DNA from: Octopus bimaculoides
Lineage: Eukaryota
NCBI RefSeq assembly: GCF_001194135.2
Contig: NC_068983.1
Coordinates: forward strand, 139,006,524 to 139,046,575
Direction: 5' to 3'
Length of the DNA: 40,052 bases
In this document: one piece after another, positions 36,135 through 40,052 of the stretch
Numbering within the stretch: the stretch's first letter is position 1
Layout of the letters: each line of letters opens with the position of its first letter
Program-made: the position numbers and the translations under genes
The notes under the pieces: generated by a model
The model's input: only the letters and a program-made list of their open reading frames with translations
Database searches by the model: none
Told to the model about the DNA's origin: nothing

Positions 36135-36341
36135 GCAACAACAACAACAACAGCAACAGCATCGAAAAATACCTTAGGAATGAGAACCCAGGTTCGAAAT
36201 TTCCCCAAGACACCTCATGAAGCTGGAAGTTATATCAGCCGAAACGTTGTGTTAACAACAAACAAGATGGGGACAAATATCAGTTAAATGTAAATAATGT
36301 AAATAATGTACATAATTCCTCATCTCTTAAATATAGAACTG
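35909..36341 (+). mobile_element. SINE family 4: tRNA head + internal (AAT)n(AAC)n microsatellite + Penelope-like 3' half
   Basis: A box tggcgtagtgg (35916-35926), B box gttcaattc (35961-35969), microsatellite 35983-36157, and a 3' half homologous to 34681-34812 (inverted). The 3' boundary is approximate. Confidence 0.8.
36209..36253 (+). ncRNA. Degenerate minimal type-I hammerhead ribozyme motif (Penelope-type)
   Basis: GACAC-[CTCATGA]-A-GCTG(gaagttatat)CAGC-C-[GAAAC]-GTT-GTGTT. Stem I is GACAC/GTGTT, stem II is GCTG/CAGC, stem III is the palindromic ACGT, and the core has G5->C. Confidence 0.55.
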
Positions 36342-36554
36342 TAAAATCGATAATACTCTAAATAATCAATGCCTATTTAAAATACAACAAAATACATTCT
36401 CACTTAACCGAAGCCTGACGTTGATGTTTGTTGACGTCGCAATGTAAATGCAGAGATATTTAAATTTGTAAATCACCTAGTCACATACTAAGAGCCTGCA
36501 TGAAACTGTTGAATACAGATGATAATGAAATTTGTACCACATATGGTAGTAATA

Positions 36555-36662
36555 GTAATAACCTGAAATTTTACAGCCAGTAGTTAGCCGACCCCAGCGC
36601 TCAAACGCTACTATTCCCTTGACCTCCAAAGGGACGAAATGCAAAGTCGACATTGGCGACAT
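36555..36662 (-). mobile_element. SINE family 3, partial degenerate copy
   Basis: The reverse complement contains gtcgactttgcatttcgtccctttggaggtcaag and gctggggtcggctaactactgg. Confidence 0.5.
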
Positions 36663-39265
36663 AGGAACCAAGGAAGAGTCGGAGGAAATGTTGCCATGAC
36701 TTTCTTCCGGCACGATAATCATTTTCCCTGCTGGTCGCCTTGATAATAATGATAATAAAAGTTATTTTATATATTTCAATAATAATAGTATCAACAATTA
36801 TGATAATTAAAATTTAATGTGCTACTTGTCATTCTTGTAAATAATATTAATACAGTCACTAAATAAATTAAGATTAAACTTGTTTAGGTAACATGAATAA
36901 ATTATAAATAGGCAAATATATTTATTTCTTGAAAATGCCTAATACGTAATACTCTCATCTAAACCTAATATTTCTCTATAAAACATCTACTGAAATTCCG
37001 CTTAACTTCTTTGCCAGCACTTCAATATAACTGGGACTGGCTTTTAGTTCCAACACCATAAAGCAGACAGCAACATTAGTAAACTGCTCATACTGCTCGC
37101 AACCTATTTTAATGGCAGCAGGTTACCGAAGTTTAAATAGCTACGGGCCGTGAAACATTTCCTTGTGAACAACTAAAATAATGAAATAATTATTAGTTTT
37201 GTGGTTTTAAATACTGATTATTGATTTGTCTTTTACGAAACTAATTTTAAAAATACACTATCAAATAATAGCAAAATTTTAAATACTAAAAATTCAATTA
37301 AATCCAGAACAGCATATTCAGTATAATATTTTTCTGGAAATACTGACGAAACTAATTATTTACAGCACATGAATATGCAACAATATTTGAGATTTTCTCG
37401 CTTATCTTATTTCTTTTTTTCTGTAATAGGTTACATGTTAAAACTTTTCTCTGACTTGTAAATAGTTTTACAGATGTTGCCAAGCTCTGTTCTGGTACAC
37501 CGCTCTTCTACTATCTACTTGCATTGTTGATGAAACAGAGTACTACTATTTTTACAGAAGAATAATCAATGTTTACATCCCAGCAATTTATTGAATTGCT
37601 TTGGAGACCGGCTAGCGAAATTTTATTGTCAGTGTCCGACTCAAGGGATTTGTAGTGTTTTCTTTACAACCTTTGAAGATAATGGTTCTTCCATTAGAAG
37701 TTAAATTTGGCTTAAAGAATGGTCATGTAAAATTAATATATAGCTTCCGATTGGCTTTGCTGTTTTATTTGAAAACAGATTCATTGGACCACAAAGTAAA
37801 CAGATTAGATGCTCTGTGGGCAACTATTTTCATACGTAATCACTTTATGACTGAGACAGACAGAATGAGGTAAATGGAGAGAGTAGTATAATGGGATTTC
37901 ATAAAAGTATTGTCCATGATAAGAGCATGTAGAACAGAATTAAGTTCTCCACAAATATAAAACCCATCAATTCCTGGATTGTACTGTTTCGATTCGCTTG
38001 TGTTACCGACTCAAAAGAAAATGTTTTATGAGCGTCAATCACGTATATCCTCGGTTTACACAGCAAATAATCGTTTGAACAGTTATTATGATATATCAAC
38101 AGCTTATGACCAGATAATTGCTGCTGAAATATGGTCCAACCAGATCAAGGCATGTTTTGGTATTTTGTGTAAAAAATACGGAAGGAAGTATAGTACCAGT
38201 CGTAATGTACATACTTATTTTTCGGTAATCTGCGATAGTTTAGCTTTGCATTCGTGTTTAATGACACGGTGTGTTATATTCCTGAAGGATATATTTTCAA
38301 ATTTGATTTAATAAATTATTTGCGCTTTATTAATTTACACCATTTTTAATCCGTCGCAAAAGAAGTGTTGATTTCCACAATATTAAATATTAAGTAGATA
38401 TAGGGAAATAACATAGTATTGATATACGTAACGTAATTTGCCTAAAGCTTTTAATGTTACGTATTTTACTTGTAATTGATGTGTATATTTGCATAACATA
38501 GAATGAAACATTATTTCCATGTATTTACTTGTGATCAACGTACAACACGCTGAAACATCCGTAAATTTGTCGTTAGATCTTAATAATTTGAAGCCAGAAA
38601 ACGTTAGTATAATTATATGCTGGATATCTGAAGTAAGTACAGATGTGTGCAAAACAGCATGTGCAGGTTCATACTTAAAGCACTAAGTAATTTATGACAA
38701 AGGATGGAGAGAGAACTTAATGCATAATATGAATTTTCGCACCATATGCTTGAAATATTTTCTATGTTGGGGCAAATAGATATTCTAGGTAGTATTTACA
38801 TCTATAATTTCTACTACATATTAAGCATGATCGTTTGCTATAAAACAGACGTAAACGCAACGGTGGTAAATAAAAGGAAAAGCGAAATTTCCAAGATGGT
38901 TTTGAATTGTTATTGCTAAGAATTGACCTATATACATTTTTTGTATTTAAGAATAGTTTGTAACTGTATGATGTGAGCAGTGATAGTAAAAAAATTGTCG
39001 TTGGAGATTCCCAGCAGGTATATAACGCCAACACATACATTTCTTTCAATTCAAATAAGAAACAACATTGTGAGATTTTCGAAAGTGTCTTACGTTATAT
39101 ACTTAGATACAACAGTGACATACCTCTCCTCTTTATAGCACAAATAAGTAAACAAAACGAATTTACATTGCAGTATAATTTCAGACGCAGGGTTATCCAT
39201 GACACACTTGTATTATTATACTTCAAACAAGATGTTGGTCATAAAACGACAAACGTGTTTCCTTT

Positions 39266-39398
<133 letters not shown>

Positions 39399-40052
39399 GA
39401 ATAAGAAGTCAAACATTCATCAGAATATTCAAGTGATAATTATTTATTAAGTAATGTCTGTTTTCTGTCATATATGTATTGCATAAATATAAACGACACA
39501 TAGATGACAATGCAGTGTTAGTGGAAATGTTAATTTAAGACTGTAGCAGATCAATGCACACAAATACTCTATAATTTATCTATGTTCGATGCGAAAACAA
39601 AGGCCATATTATGTTTGTGTAAAAGTTGATGTTACTCAAATTCTAGGTATATACATGTGTGTGTATGTGCATGTACGTGTGTGTGTATGTGCATGTACGT
39701 GTGTGTGTATGTGTGTGTGCGTATAAACACACGCGTAAACATACGCATATATGTACGCTTTATTACAAGAGGGAAAGACTAGCAAAATTGTGATAACAAT
39801 CATTAAGAAATGAAATGTATATGAGTGCAATGTCAAAATTATGCGTCGTAGATGAAAGGAACTTATGTCCAATTTGCAGACAGCTGTCCTTTGTCTTTGG
39901 ATTATCAATAATATAGCATGGTGTGCAATGGTGATTCGGAAATAAGTAATATTGGGAGATTCCTAGCAAAGGCGAGCGGACATGTGGTGAGGCAAATCAC
40001 GGGGTAGTACTGCAGTGAAGTTTGTCTATATGTATGTGTGCATATATATATA

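Overview
AT-rich, microsatellite-dense eukaryotic DNA with nine N-gaps. The repeat families resemble octopus SINEs as I recall them, so a cephalopod (Octopus-like) draft scaffold is likely; this is an inference. The only host gene I can support is a CCN-family matricellular gene (CYR61/CTGF/NOV/WISP family) on the minus strand. Two coding exons are visible: TSP1 (27965-27754) and the terminal cystine-knot/CT exon (7132-6872), joined by a 20,621-bp phase-0 GT-AG intron. The signal/IGFBP/VWC exons are not visible and probably lie beyond 40052. The rest is intronic or flanking DNA built from transposon remnants: a CR1/L2-like LINE 3' end, a fossil Tc1/mariner transposase, at least five R4/Dong-like REL-endonuclease retroelement fragments that all abut (TAA)n-type tracts, and four SINE families. 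The most unusual item is a tRNA-headed SINE whose 3' half carries a degenerate Penelope-type minimal hammerhead ribozyme. It is present as two inverted copies, each with a different single core mutation. No prokaryotic features, CRISPR array, rRNA or genuine tRNA gene are supported.
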